Shown here: positions 10,599 to 19,337 of the stretch, piece after piece | How the letters are laid out: each line of letters begins with the position of its first letter | Numbering within the stretch: position 1 is the stretch's first letter | From: Bradyrhizobium sp. | GTDB taxonomy: Bacteria > Pseudomonadota > Alphaproteobacteria > Rhizobiales > Xanthobacteraceae | Reading direction: 5' to 3' | Assembly: GCA_045811665.1 (NCBI GenBank) | Contig: JBJMTO010000197.1 | Coordinates: forward strand, 6,613-70,612 | DNA length: 64,000 bases | Program-made: the position numbers and the translations under genes | The notes under the pieces: generated by a model | What the model saw: the letters and a program-made list of their open reading frames with translations, nothing else | Database searches by the model: none | Told to the model about the DNA's origin: nothing

Positions 10599-10714
10599 AG
10601 TTGTTCGGTTTCGGGGCTGAGGCTTTCCCGAAGAAACCGTCCGGGTTGGATCAATGTTTGCGGATTCGTGATGGCGTTGATGTCATGAGAAAACGTCAAG
10701 TGCGATCCGCGTGC

Positions 10715-13700
10715 TCACCACGCATATCGCACCACGCCCTTGCCGGCGTAGCTGCGCGTGACGTGCGAGAACTCGCCCTCGAAGGTGGCGGCAAGCGAGA
10801 AGCCGTTCAGCCATCTGCGTTCGGCTGAGGCGCTGACGAGCGCCGCGTCGGGAGCAGGCTTCGCGCCGTCAACGATGAAAGAGACACCGGGCAGTGCCTG
10901 AAAGGTCGCGGCGATGCTGCGATCGCTGTTGTAGTCGTGCGCCCAGGCGGCGCGTCCGCGCAAGGTGAGGATGCCGTCGCGCATCGCAAACGACTTGTCG
11001 GTGCGCAGGCCGAGCTCGCTGCGGGGCGCGGTTGTGGTTTTAGAATTGTAGCTCAACGCAAAGCTATCGACGCCGGAAACGACGCTCTCGGCATAGCCGG
11101 GCAGACTGAGGAGCGTGAACTGCCCGGCCGCGTAGGGCGTGAGCCCGAGCCCGCCCATCCATGGCGTCACCAAGCGGTAACCACTCTCGAGCCGGCCCGA
11201 GAATGCATTCGCGTTGAACTCCGCGCGGAGACGATCGACGCCCAATATACTCAAGGTGCGGTCGGTGGTGATGTCCTGCCAGGCATAGGCGAGCGCGGCG
11301 GAGAGGTAAGCCGGGCCCACCGCGTGGTGCACAAACCCGCCGGCCTGGAACAAATCGCTGCGGCCGCTGCCGCCGTTGGCGATCGAGAAGTTAGTCCCGC
11401 CGCCGGCCAGCGCGAAGCCGGCAACGGTGTTCGGCGAGAACAGATAATCCACGCCCACGGCGGTGCCGAAGATGCGGCTGGTGGTGTCGTTCGATCCGAG
11501 CGTCGCATTGCCGTTGGTCGTCTGGGAGCCTCCGAAACCTGACGCCCAGACGCTCCAGCGCGGCTCGTAAGCGCGTGCCCGCGGGGCCTTGGTGAACATC
11601 GCATAGGCCTCGCGTTCGGAAGCCTTGCGTTGCCGACCCGCGGAAACATAAGCGCTCGCACCTTCGCTCTCCCCGGCAAAGGGCATCGCGCCCGCAACCG
11701 AGATAGCCATGCCGCCGCGCCCGGCCACGAAGGGATCGCCCATTATCGCCATGAACTGGTTCATGGCGTTGATCGTGGTCTGCTGCGAGCCGGTCGCGGT
11801 TTCGCCCGAGATTTGAGTGACCGCATTGGTAAGGCCAGGGCCGCTCAGCCCGAACAGCGCGGTGAAGCCCGGCGGCAGCGTGCCTCCACCGTTAAAGAAA
11901 GTATTGATCCCGTTCGCGAGGTCTTGCTGTCTCGCGGGGAGTGAGTTCCCGACGCCGAGCTGCGCGGTGAGATTCAGGAACACATCGGTGCTGCTCTGGC
12001 TCAGCGTGCTCGTAAAGCCCGGCGAATTGGTGCTGCTCCCCGCGAAGCTCCCGCTCAATCCACCCGCGTGCAGGATGTTGTTTTGCTTCGTCGTGGACCC
12101 GCCGAAGATGGCGTTCACGTCACCGGCGAGCGCGGCCGAGCCCGTGACATTGGTCCGGGCCGTTGCAGAAGAGGTGAACTGCAGCAAATAGTTCGCTCCG
12201 GGGATGAACAGGAGATTGCCCTGCACGGTCAGCGTGCCCTGTGAACTGCTTACGGGGGCGAGCGTGCCGCCAGGGTTGATCGTGGTACCTCGCACTGTTC
12301 CAAAGCCGCTGAGGGTGCCGCCGTCATTGACCCTCGTGCTCTGCGGCGAAGTGATCGAGCCATTCACCACAAGCGTGCCGCCGTCCACGTTGGTACGGCG
12401 GGTATAAGTGTTGATGCCTGACAGCGTCAGGGTGCCGGTCCCGGTTTTCGTCAGCGACCCCCCCGTACTCATGATCACGCCGCCATCCTGGATGACTCCG
12501 GAAAACGTCGTCGAACGATTGTTGCCGCCCACGGCCAGGTTCCGTGAGCCGAGGGCAACCACGCCGTCACCCTCGATCGACCCGGCTGTGGTGCCGTTGG
12601 ACGAGAGCTGTGAAATATCGAGGGTACTGCCGCGATTCACGATAAACCGCGCGGTTCCGCCGCTGGCGTTGCCCAGCATCTGAGTGGAAGTGCCGGCGTC
12701 AGTCGTAGTGATGGTGGCGCTGCCCGCGGTGCTGTTGTCGTCGAAGACAAGGATGGCGCCATTGTTGTTTACGATGGTCGCGCCCGCCGCCTTGCTGTCA
12801 TTCGCGAATATCACCGCACCGTGCACGTTGGTGATGGTCGCCCTGTCGGCAGAGCTGGTCTGGAAGAAGATCAGGCTGGTGTTCGCGTTAATGATGGTAG
12901 CGTTGCCTGCCGTGCTGGCGTTGCTAAAGAGCAGGTCGGCACTATTGACGATCGTTGCGCTGCCAGCCGTGCTCGTTTGCACGAAGTTCAGCGCGTGATT
13001 GTTGATGATAGTAGCGCCGCCGCCCGTGCTGGTGTCCTTGAAGACAATATCGCGATTGTTGATGATGCTGGCGCCGTCGGCGCTGCTGGTATCGTTGAAG
13101 GCCAGGTTGCGATCGTTGGTAATGGTAGCCCTGCCGGCCGTGCTGCTATCGTTGAAGGCCAGGTTGCGATCGTTGGTAATGGTGGCCCTGTCGGCCGAGC
13201 TGGCGTTGTTGAAGCGCATAGTGGCGCGGTTGGCGATGGTCGCGGTCCCGGCCATGCTGGTGTTGAGGAAGTCCAGGAAACCGCTGTTGTTCGCGATGGT
13301 AGCGCTGGCGGCCGTGGCAGTGCCGGAAAAGAACATGATGGTGGTATTCGTGATGTTGGCATCGCCGGCGCTGCTGCTGTTGTTGAAAGAAAAGCTTCCG
13401 TTGTTCACGACCGTGGTGCTGCGCGTCGTGCCATTTGCAAAAACCAGGTTACCATTGTTGGTGATGTCGACGCTGCCGCCGTCGACGAAGATGCCGGCGC
13501 CCACGAAAAATATTCCGTGCGGGCCGGTATCGAACGTATACGCGCCCGAATTGAACCTCCAGCTACCGACCAGGGTGTCCTCGGAGAACGTCAGGTGCGT
13601 GTTGTTGGACGCGCCGAAGACGGCAGTATCGACCGGTACCTCGTTCGTGTTCCAATTGGCCCGGGTGTTGTAGTCCCCGGACCCGGGAGCGAATTGCCAG

Positions 13701-13807
13701 GTTGCATCCTGGGCTGCCACTGGCAGAGACAAGGCGACTATCGCGGAGGCCGCCAGCAGGAGTTGGCGCGGTCCAGGGAACGAGAACCAAAGAGAGAGAA
13801 TCGGCAC
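10715..13807 (-). CDS. Autotransporter with repetitive beta-helical passenger
   Basis: Signal peptide; Asn/Thr/Ser-rich repeats; LTKTGTGTLTLSGINTY autotransporter-associated repeat; beta-barrel ending YAW. Start (GTG 13807) uncertain. Confidence 0.92.
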   Translation of the reverse strand: MPILSLWFSFPGPRQLLLAASAIVALSLPVAAQDATWQFAPGSGDYNTRANWNTNEVPVDTAVFGASNNTHLTFSEDTLVGSWRFNSGAYTFDTGPHGIFFVGAGIFVDGGSVDITNNGNLVFANGTTRSTTVVNNGSFSFNNSSSAGDANITNTTIMFFSGTATAASATIANNSGFLDFLNTSMAGTATIANRATMRFNNASSADRATITNDRNLAFNDSSTAGRATITNDRNLAFNDTSSADGASIINNRDIVFKDTSTGGGATIINNHALNFVQTSTAGSATIVNSADLLFSNASTAGNATIINANTSLIFFQTSSADRATITNVHGAVIFANDSKAAGATIVNNNGAILVFDDNSTAGSATITTTDAGTSTQMLGNASGGTARFIVNRGSTLDISQLSSNGTTAGSIEGDGVVALGSRNLAVGGNNRSTTFSGVIQDGGVIMSTGGSLTKTGTGTLTLSGINTYTRRTNVDGGTLVVNGSITSPQSTRVNDGGTLSGFGTVRGTTINPGGTLAPVSSSQGTLTVQGNLLFIPGANYLLQFTSSATARTNVTGSAALAGDVNAIFGGSTTKQNNILHAGGLSGSFAGSSTNSPGFTSTLSQSSTDVFLNLTAQLGVGNSLPARQQDLANGINTFFNGGGTLPPGFTALFGLSGPGLTNAVTQISGETATGSQQTTINAMNQFMAIMGDPFVAGRGGMAISVAGAMPFAGESEGASAYVSAGRQRKASEREAYAMFTKAPRARAYEPRWSVWASGFGGSQTTNGNATLGSNDTTSRIFGTAVGVDYLFSPNTVAGFALAGGGTNFSIANGGSGRSDLFQAGGFVHHAVGPAYLSAALAYAWQDITTDRTLSILGVDRLRAEFNANAFSGRLESGYRLVTPWMGGLGLTPYAAGQFTLLSLPGYAESVVSGVDSFALSYNSKTTTAPRSELGLRTDKSFAMRDGILTLRGRAAWAHDYNSDRSIAATFQALPGVSFIVDGAKPAPDAALVSASAERRWLNGFSLAATFEGEFSHVTRSYAGKGVVRYAW
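12700..13460 (-). repeat. Passenger repeats of about 19-21 aa (F-x-D/N-x-S-T/S-A-G/D-x-A-T-I-x-N)
   Basis: Visible in the translation; exact 37-nt duplicate at 13090-13126 and 13147-13183. Confidence 0.85.
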
Positions 13808-13933
13808 AATTGTAACTTCCAGTTGTGTTGGTGTTCGTAGCAGCGGAGGCGGCAAATAGACACCAACAAAGCTCTTTCGTGCTCAGTTTTCCCGGCTTCG
13901 CTTTGGCACGTCGGCAACAGACGCGCTGCGGCT

Positions 13934-14120
13934 CTAACTGCGCCCTTGCCGGCGTAGCTGCGGAACGCTTGTGAGAACTCGCCCTCGAAGGTGGCAGCCC
14001 GAGGCGGCGACGAGCGCGGCGTCAGGCGCCGGCGCGGCGCTGCCGACCACCGGCATTGCCAAGGCGACCAGCACGGACGATGCAAGCAGGCTTTCGCGCG
14101 GTCCGCGAGACCAGAGTCGA
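13934..14120 (-). pseudogene. Internally deleted remnant of an autotransporter paralogue (signal peptide joined to last barrel strands)
   Basis: 13941-13998 matches 10735-10792 at 50/58 nt; the 5' part encodes GPRESLLASSVLVALAMPV, similar to GPRQLLLAASAIVALSLPV of the intact gene. Confidence 0.8.
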
Positions 14121-14148
14121 AACTCCCTCGGGGAATCTGCCTCTTTTC

Positions 14149-17139
14149 TTATTCGCCGCCGCCGAATCTGCGCGACCACCATCCGGCGCGTCGGGGCGGC
14201 GCCTGGGTGCTCGTCTCTGCAGGAGGGGGGACCGGCGCGGGTTCGGGTGCCTTTGTCGCGGGGGGCACCGGTGCTGCGGCGGCGGGTTGCGGATCGGCCA
14301 GAAAGCTCACCTTCTCGCGCACCGTGGAACGCCGACGAGCGGCTCTTTCCGCTTCCTGAGCAGTGTCGGCCTCGACCGTGGTACGCGGGCTTTCCTGCTG
14401 AGCGCGATCGAGCTGATGCTGTTCCGGCGTTGGCGCAAACGACTCAGCCTGCACGGTGGGCGGCGAGGGTTCGGATGGAGGCCCGTCGAAATCGGCCACG
14501 GCATTCGAGGCTTCCGGAGCCGATGACGGTCCGAGTTCGTCGGAAATCGACCCGGCGAGGCCATCCTCCAGCGCGCCGCGCCGGCGGCGTCCACCGCGAC
14601 GTCCACGGCGGCGAGGCCGACGTTCGCCGTTCGGACCCTGGTCGGAGCGGGCCGCGCCGGGGTGATCCTCGGATTCCTCTTCTTCGGATTCACTTTCTTC
14701 GGCAATGACGCCGGGGATCGCAGCGCCTTCGAACGGCGTGCGGGCGGTCTCGCTCTCGTCGCGGGCAGGGGCACCTTCACGTGCCTCGCCGGAACGCCCG
14801 CGTCGCCGCCTTCGTCGCTTGCGCCTGGGGCCGCCATCCGCATCGGAGTCGCTGGCGCTCTCTTCGCCGGCAGTCGCTTCCTCGGTCAGTCCTTCGGTCT
14901 CCTCGGTCTCCACTTCCGATTCGACCTCGATGTCGAACGGCTCTTCCTCCTCCTGCGGTTCTTCCACCTGCACCGGGTAAGCGGCGACCTGCGCGGCAAG
15001 CAGCGCCTTGGCGGCCTCCAGCGTGTGCACCTGTTCGCCGCGATCGATGATGAACGACTGCTGTCCGCTCACGGTCGGGTCGGCGATGACAGCCAACGTC
15101 ACCTTGAAGCTGCTTTCGAGATCGCGCAGATGGCCTCGCTTGTGGTTGAGGACGTACAGCGCGACGTCTGTTCGGGTGCGCACCACCAGATTGTGGGTCG
15201 CACCCTTCATCAAGATTTCCTCAAGTCCGCGCAGCAATTGCAGAGCCACCGAAGACACCGACCGTACATGGCCGCTGCCCCCGCATTGCGGGCACGGCTC
15301 GGTCGAACTCTCCAGCACGCTGGCGCGAATGCGCTGGCGCGACATCTCGAGCAGGCCGAAATGAGAGATGCGCCCCACCTGTATACGGGCGCGGTCCTGA
15401 CGCAGACAATCGCTCAGCTTGCGTTCCACCGAACGGTTGTTGCGCTTCTCGTCCATGTCGATGAAGTCGATGACGATGAGCCCCGCGAGGTCGCGCAGGC
15501 GAAGCTGTCTTGCGACTTCCTCCGCGGCCTCCATGTTGGTCTTGAGCGCGGTATCCTCGATGTGATGTTCGCGCGTGGAGCGACCGGAATTGACGTCGAT
15601 CGAGACCAGCGCCTCGGTCTGGTTGATGACGATGTAGCCGCCCGATCGCAATTGCACAGTAGGCGAGAACATCGCGTCGAGCTGGCTCTCCACGCCCATT
15701 CGCGAGAACAGCGGCTGGCCGTCCCGATACTGCTTCACCATGCGCACATTCGACGGCATCAGCATCTTCATGAATTCGCGCGCTTCCTGGTAGCCCGCTT
15801 CGCCGGCGACCAAGATCTCGTCGATCTCCTTGTTGTAGAGATCGCGCAGCGAACGCTTGATCAGCGAGCCTTCCTCATAGACCAGGGTCGGCGCCTGCGA
15901 CTTCAAGGTCATGTCGCGGACGGTTTCCCACATCCGGATCAGATACTCGAAATCGCGCTTGATCTCCGGCTTGGTGCGGGAAGCTCCGGCGGTCCGCAGG
16001 ATGATGCCCATGCCCTCCGGCACGTCGAGGTCCTGCACCACTTCCTTTAACCGCGAGCGATCCTGCGCGGACGTGATTTTGCGGCTGATGCCGCCGCCGC
16101 GCGCAGTGTTCGGCATCAGAACGGCGTAGCGGCCGGCCAGCGAAAGATAGGTAGTCAGCGCCGCGCCCTTGTTGCCGCGCTCTTCCTTGACGACCTGCAC
16201 CAGCATCACCTGCCGGCGCTTGATGACCTCCTGGATCTTGTACTGTCGACGCGGCCGGAAGGCGCGCTCGGGCACTTCTTCCAGCACGTCGTCGCCGCCG
16301 ACGGACTCGACTACTTCCTCCTCGGCCTCGTCAGCGTCATCTTCATCGTCGTCCGGCTCATCCCCATTGGCGTGAGCGGCATCGTGACCTGCGGTACCTT
16401 CCGCGGCCGTAACTGCAGCGTGCTCGTCGCCTTCTTGATGGTGAGAATCCTCCGCGTCGCCCGCGTTCCGGTTCGCATCTGACGCGCCATGTTCGTCACG
16501 CGGCTGCGCTTCGTGAGTTTCCGCTCGTTGTTCCGGCGCGGCATCCGCGTTGGCCGTCTCTAAACCCTCACCGGCGTGAACCTCCCCGTGCGTGTGGGCG
16601 TGTTCGTCGTGCTCATCCGCATGTTGATGATGAGGGTCGTCATGCAGATGCGCGTCGGCATGCTCGTCCGCAGGCGAATGGGTGTCCGGGTTTTCCTGAC
16701 TTTCATATGGCTGAGCAGCATGGAGCGGATCGCCCGAGCCCTCCACGATCTCGCTCTGGATCCGCTCGCCATTGCCGCGGCGGCGCGAATCCCGACGGCG
16801 GGGGCGGCGGCGGTTCGAACGGTTCTCGCTCTCCTCCTCGGCCTCGCGGTGGGCACGCTCGTCGGCCTCGATCAGCGCCTGACGATCGGCAACCGGTATC
16901 TGGTAGTAGTCGGGGTGGATTTCGCTGAAGGCCAGAAAGCCATGACGGTTGCCGCCATACTCAATGAAGGCAGCCTGCAGCGACGGTTCTACGCGCGTGA
17001 CCTTGGCGAGGTAGATGTTGCCGCGCAGCTGCTTGCGCTGGGCGGTCTCGAAATCAAACTCTTCGACGCGATTGCCGCGGACCACAACGACCCGGGTCTC
17101 CTCCGGGTGGGTGGCATCGATCAACATTTTGTTGGGCAT
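14149..17139 (-). CDS. rne: Ribonuclease E
   Basis: MPNKMLIDA...GNIYLAKVTRVEPSLQAAF, IDVNSG and DFIDM motifs; CPQC zinc link; Arg-rich disordered C-terminus ending GWW. Confidence 0.96.
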   Translation of the reverse strand: MPNKMLIDATHPEETRVVVVRGNRVEEFDFETAQRKQLRGNIYLAKVTRVEPSLQAAFIEYGGNRHGFLAFSEIHPDYYQIPVADRQALIEADERAHREAEEESENRSNRRRPRRRDSRRRGNGERIQSEIVEGSGDPLHAAQPYESQENPDTHSPADEHADAHLHDDPHHQHADEHDEHAHTHGEVHAGEGLETANADAAPEQRAETHEAQPRDEHGASDANRNAGDAEDSHHQEGDEHAAVTAAEGTAGHDAAHANGDEPDDDEDDADEAEEEVVESVGGDDVLEEVPERAFRPRRQYKIQEVIKRRQVMLVQVVKEERGNKGAALTTYLSLAGRYAVLMPNTARGGGISRKITSAQDRSRLKEVVQDLDVPEGMGIILRTAGASRTKPEIKRDFEYLIRMWETVRDMTLKSQAPTLVYEEGSLIKRSLRDLYNKEIDEILVAGEAGYQEAREFMKMLMPSNVRMVKQYRDGQPLFSRMGVESQLDAMFSPTVQLRSGGYIVINQTEALVSIDVNSGRSTREHHIEDTALKTNMEAAEEVARQLRLRDLAGLIVIDFIDMDEKRNNRSVERKLSDCLRQDRARIQVGRISHFGLLEMSRQRIRASVLESSTEPCPQCGGSGHVRSVSSVALQLLRGLEEILMKGATHNLVVRTRTDVALYVLNHKRGHLRDLESSFKVTLAVIADPTVSGQQSFIIDRGEQVHTLEAAKALLAAQVAAYPVQVEEPQEEEEPFDIEVESEVETEETEGLTEEATAGEESASDSDADGGPRRKRRRRRRGRSGEAREGAPARDESETARTPFEGAAIPGVIAEESESEEEESEDHPGAARSDQGPNGERRPRRRGRRGGRRRRGALEDGLAGSISDELGPSSAPEASNAVADFDGPPSEPSPPTVQAESFAPTPEQHQLDRAQQESPRTTVEADTAQEAERAARRRSTVREKVSFLADPQPAAAAPVPPATKAPEPAPVPPPAETSTQAPPRRAGWWSRRFGGGE

Positions 17140-17771
17140 TTTGGAACTCATGACGGCGGCGGGCGCGTATAGCGGTAAGCGCGTGTCGCGCCGCCGGGTG
17201 ACGCGACGGTCCACCTGATTCGGGGGTGAGGGGAAGGCCAAAACGCAACCCGGGGCGCCCGTCCGAAATGGATCCTGGCGGAGCAAAACGACGCGCGGAG
17301 CTTTCGCTCCGCATCGGCGCGATTCTTCCGTGGATCTGATTCGGCAACACAGTCTGGCGCATCAAGCGTCGGCCCGTCTAAAAACACGTGGCGGCAAAGC
17401 CGCTTACCTTCGCTGAAGGCCCGGCGGGGCGCCGAAGCGCTCGCCGGCTGTTCGCATATCCAGCCCTTAGGCCGGATATCGGTTTTGCCGTTTCTGAAAC
17501 CGTCCCTCGAAGAAGATGGTACCGTGGGACCGGACGCCGCTCGGGCTCGAAACCGCCGCTCCTTGTCAGCCGCGCGCTGCGCTGGCCGTGGAGGGATCGG
17601 AAAGACGCTGGAATCTTCAGAATTCGAAGAATCCGGCGCTGCACCGGGAGGCTGAACGCGACACAACCGGGAGTTTTAGCCGTCAGCACCCCGTACATAC
17701 GAGGATTGGGGTCGGCGTGCAAGCAAAGCGTCGCAGGCCCGCAACAGTGCCGCTTATTCACAAAAAACGAC

Positions 17772-17787
17772 TTAAGGTCCAGTTAAC
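17772..17787. promoter_or_regulatory. CtrA-binding site
   Basis: TTAA-GGTCCAG-TTAAC is an exact TTAA-N7-TTAAC match, 46 nt before the likely amiC start. Confidence 0.75.
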
Positions 17788-17833
17788 CCTGTGGTTCTAT
17801 TCCGGTAAGAGGCTCCTCGGAGGCACGGATTCA

Positions 17834-19135
17834 TTGGCGAACCGCGTTAATCGTGGCGTTTTGCTTAAAGGCGCGGCATTGTGCGTCGCAGCATTTCTGT
17901 GTTCCATGTCCGGACTGGTCGCCGCTGAAAATGAGGGCGCCGGTGCTGTGGGCACCCCGAACCTTCCTCTCGCTTCCGAAGCTCGCCTCGCCGGCGACAA
18001 CCAGCAAACACGCTTCGTTTTGGATCTGGACAAAACCATCCAGTTTCGGGCGTTCACACTGGCCGACCCATATCGGGTCGTTGTGGACCTCCAGCAAATC
18101 AGCTTTCAGCTTCGGCCGGGCGTAGGAGTATCCGGGCGCGGGTTGGTCAAGGCATTCCGATATGGCTTGCTGATGCCGGGCAGCTCGCGGATCGTATTCG
18201 ACCTCACGGGGCCCGCCAAAATTGCGAAATCGTACGTGCTCGATGCGGCGAACGGTCAGCCTGCAAAGCTGGTGCTCGAATTCGAAGAGGTCGACCGCAC
18301 CTCGTTTGTCCAGTCCCTCGCGCCCGAAAGCCGCCCTGAATTGCGACAGGCACTCGGCGCGGTACCCGGCCCCAGGGCGGCTGCGGCGTCAGCGGAGAGT
18401 GCCGCGCCGAAAGCTGCAACTCCGCCCGATTTGCGTCCGGTCGTGGTGATCGATCCCGGCCATGGCGGCATCGATAACGGCACCCAGGCAGGCAACGAAA
18501 GCGAGAAGAACCTGGTGCTGGGCTTCGGGGTGGCCTTGCGCGAGCGCCTCGAAAAAAGCGGTAGATACCGCGTCGTCATGACACGCACGGATGATACTTT
18601 CATTGCGTTGAACGATCGGGTCAGGATCGCGCGCAATCACTCGGCGGCCCTGTTCGTATCGATTCATGCCGATGCCTTGCCGCGCGGCGAGGGCGATGCT
18701 CAAGGTGCGACGATCTACACGCTGTCTGACCGCGCCTCCGATGCCGAAGCCGAACGGCTGGCCGAGGCGGAGAACAAGGCTGACGCGATCGGTGGTGTAA
18801 ACCTGACGGAAGAGGCCACCGATGTGGCCGATATTCTGATCGATCTGGCGCAGCGCGAGACCCGGACGTTTTCGAACCGATTCGCGCGCCTGTTGATCGG
18901 GGAGATGAAGACCACGGTCCGAATGCATAAGCATCCGTTGAAGTCAGCGCGCTTCCGCGTGCTGAAAGCGCCCGACGTGCCGTCCGTGCTTATCGAACTC
19001 GGTTATGTCTCGAACAAGGGCGACCTTGAACATCTGGTCTCCGAAAGCTGGCGTTCCCGAACGGTCGGATCGATTGCGCAGGCGATCGATGCCTTCCTGG
19101 TCAAACGATTGATCAAGGCTGCACAGGCCAACTAA
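17834..19135 (+). CDS. amiC: N-acetylmuramoyl-L-alanine amidase
   Basis: AMIN-like N-terminus; IDPGHGG, SIHAD and IELGY motifs. TTG start after GGAGG is inferred. Confidence 0.9.
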   Translation: MANRVNRGVLLKGAALCVAAFLCSMSGLVAAENEGAGAVGTPNLPLASEARLAGDNQQTRFVLDLDKTIQFRAFTLADPYRVVVDLQQISFQLRPGVGVSGRGLVKAFRYGLLMPGSSRIVFDLTGPAKIAKSYVLDAANGQPAKLVLEFEEVDRTSFVQSLAPESRPELRQALGAVPGPRAAAASAESAAPKAATPPDLRPVVVIDPGHGGIDNGTQAGNESEKNLVLGFGVALRERLEKSGRYRVVMTRTDDTFIALNDRVRIARNHSAALFVSIHADALPRGEGDAQGATIYTLSDRASDAEAERLAEAENKADAIGGVNLTEEATDVADILIDLAQRETRTFSNRFARLLIGEMKTTVRMHKHPLKSARFRVLKAPDVPSVLIELGYVSNKGDLEHLVSESWRSRTVGSIAQAIDAFLVKRLIKAAQAN

Positions 19136-19337
19136 GGGGGTTTCCCGCTCGGAAGCCCTAGTTTGGCCACAGCGGGGGCTCTATAGAAAACAGGCGTGAG
19201 GCTTTGGGAATCGTTCAAAACTTTTGTCGGACCAACGTATTATAGGCCCGGCGCGGAACGGCGGACGTTCCGCAGAGGGCTCACACGGAGCGATGTGCCG
19301 GTCTTCACGTCGCACGGGTAGAAACGGATATTGCTAG

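Noticed and set aside
10735-13998. Diversity-generating retroelement template/variable repeat pair
   Set aside because: No reverse transcriptase in the window, mismatches are not adenine-specific, and the remnant also matches the signal peptide.
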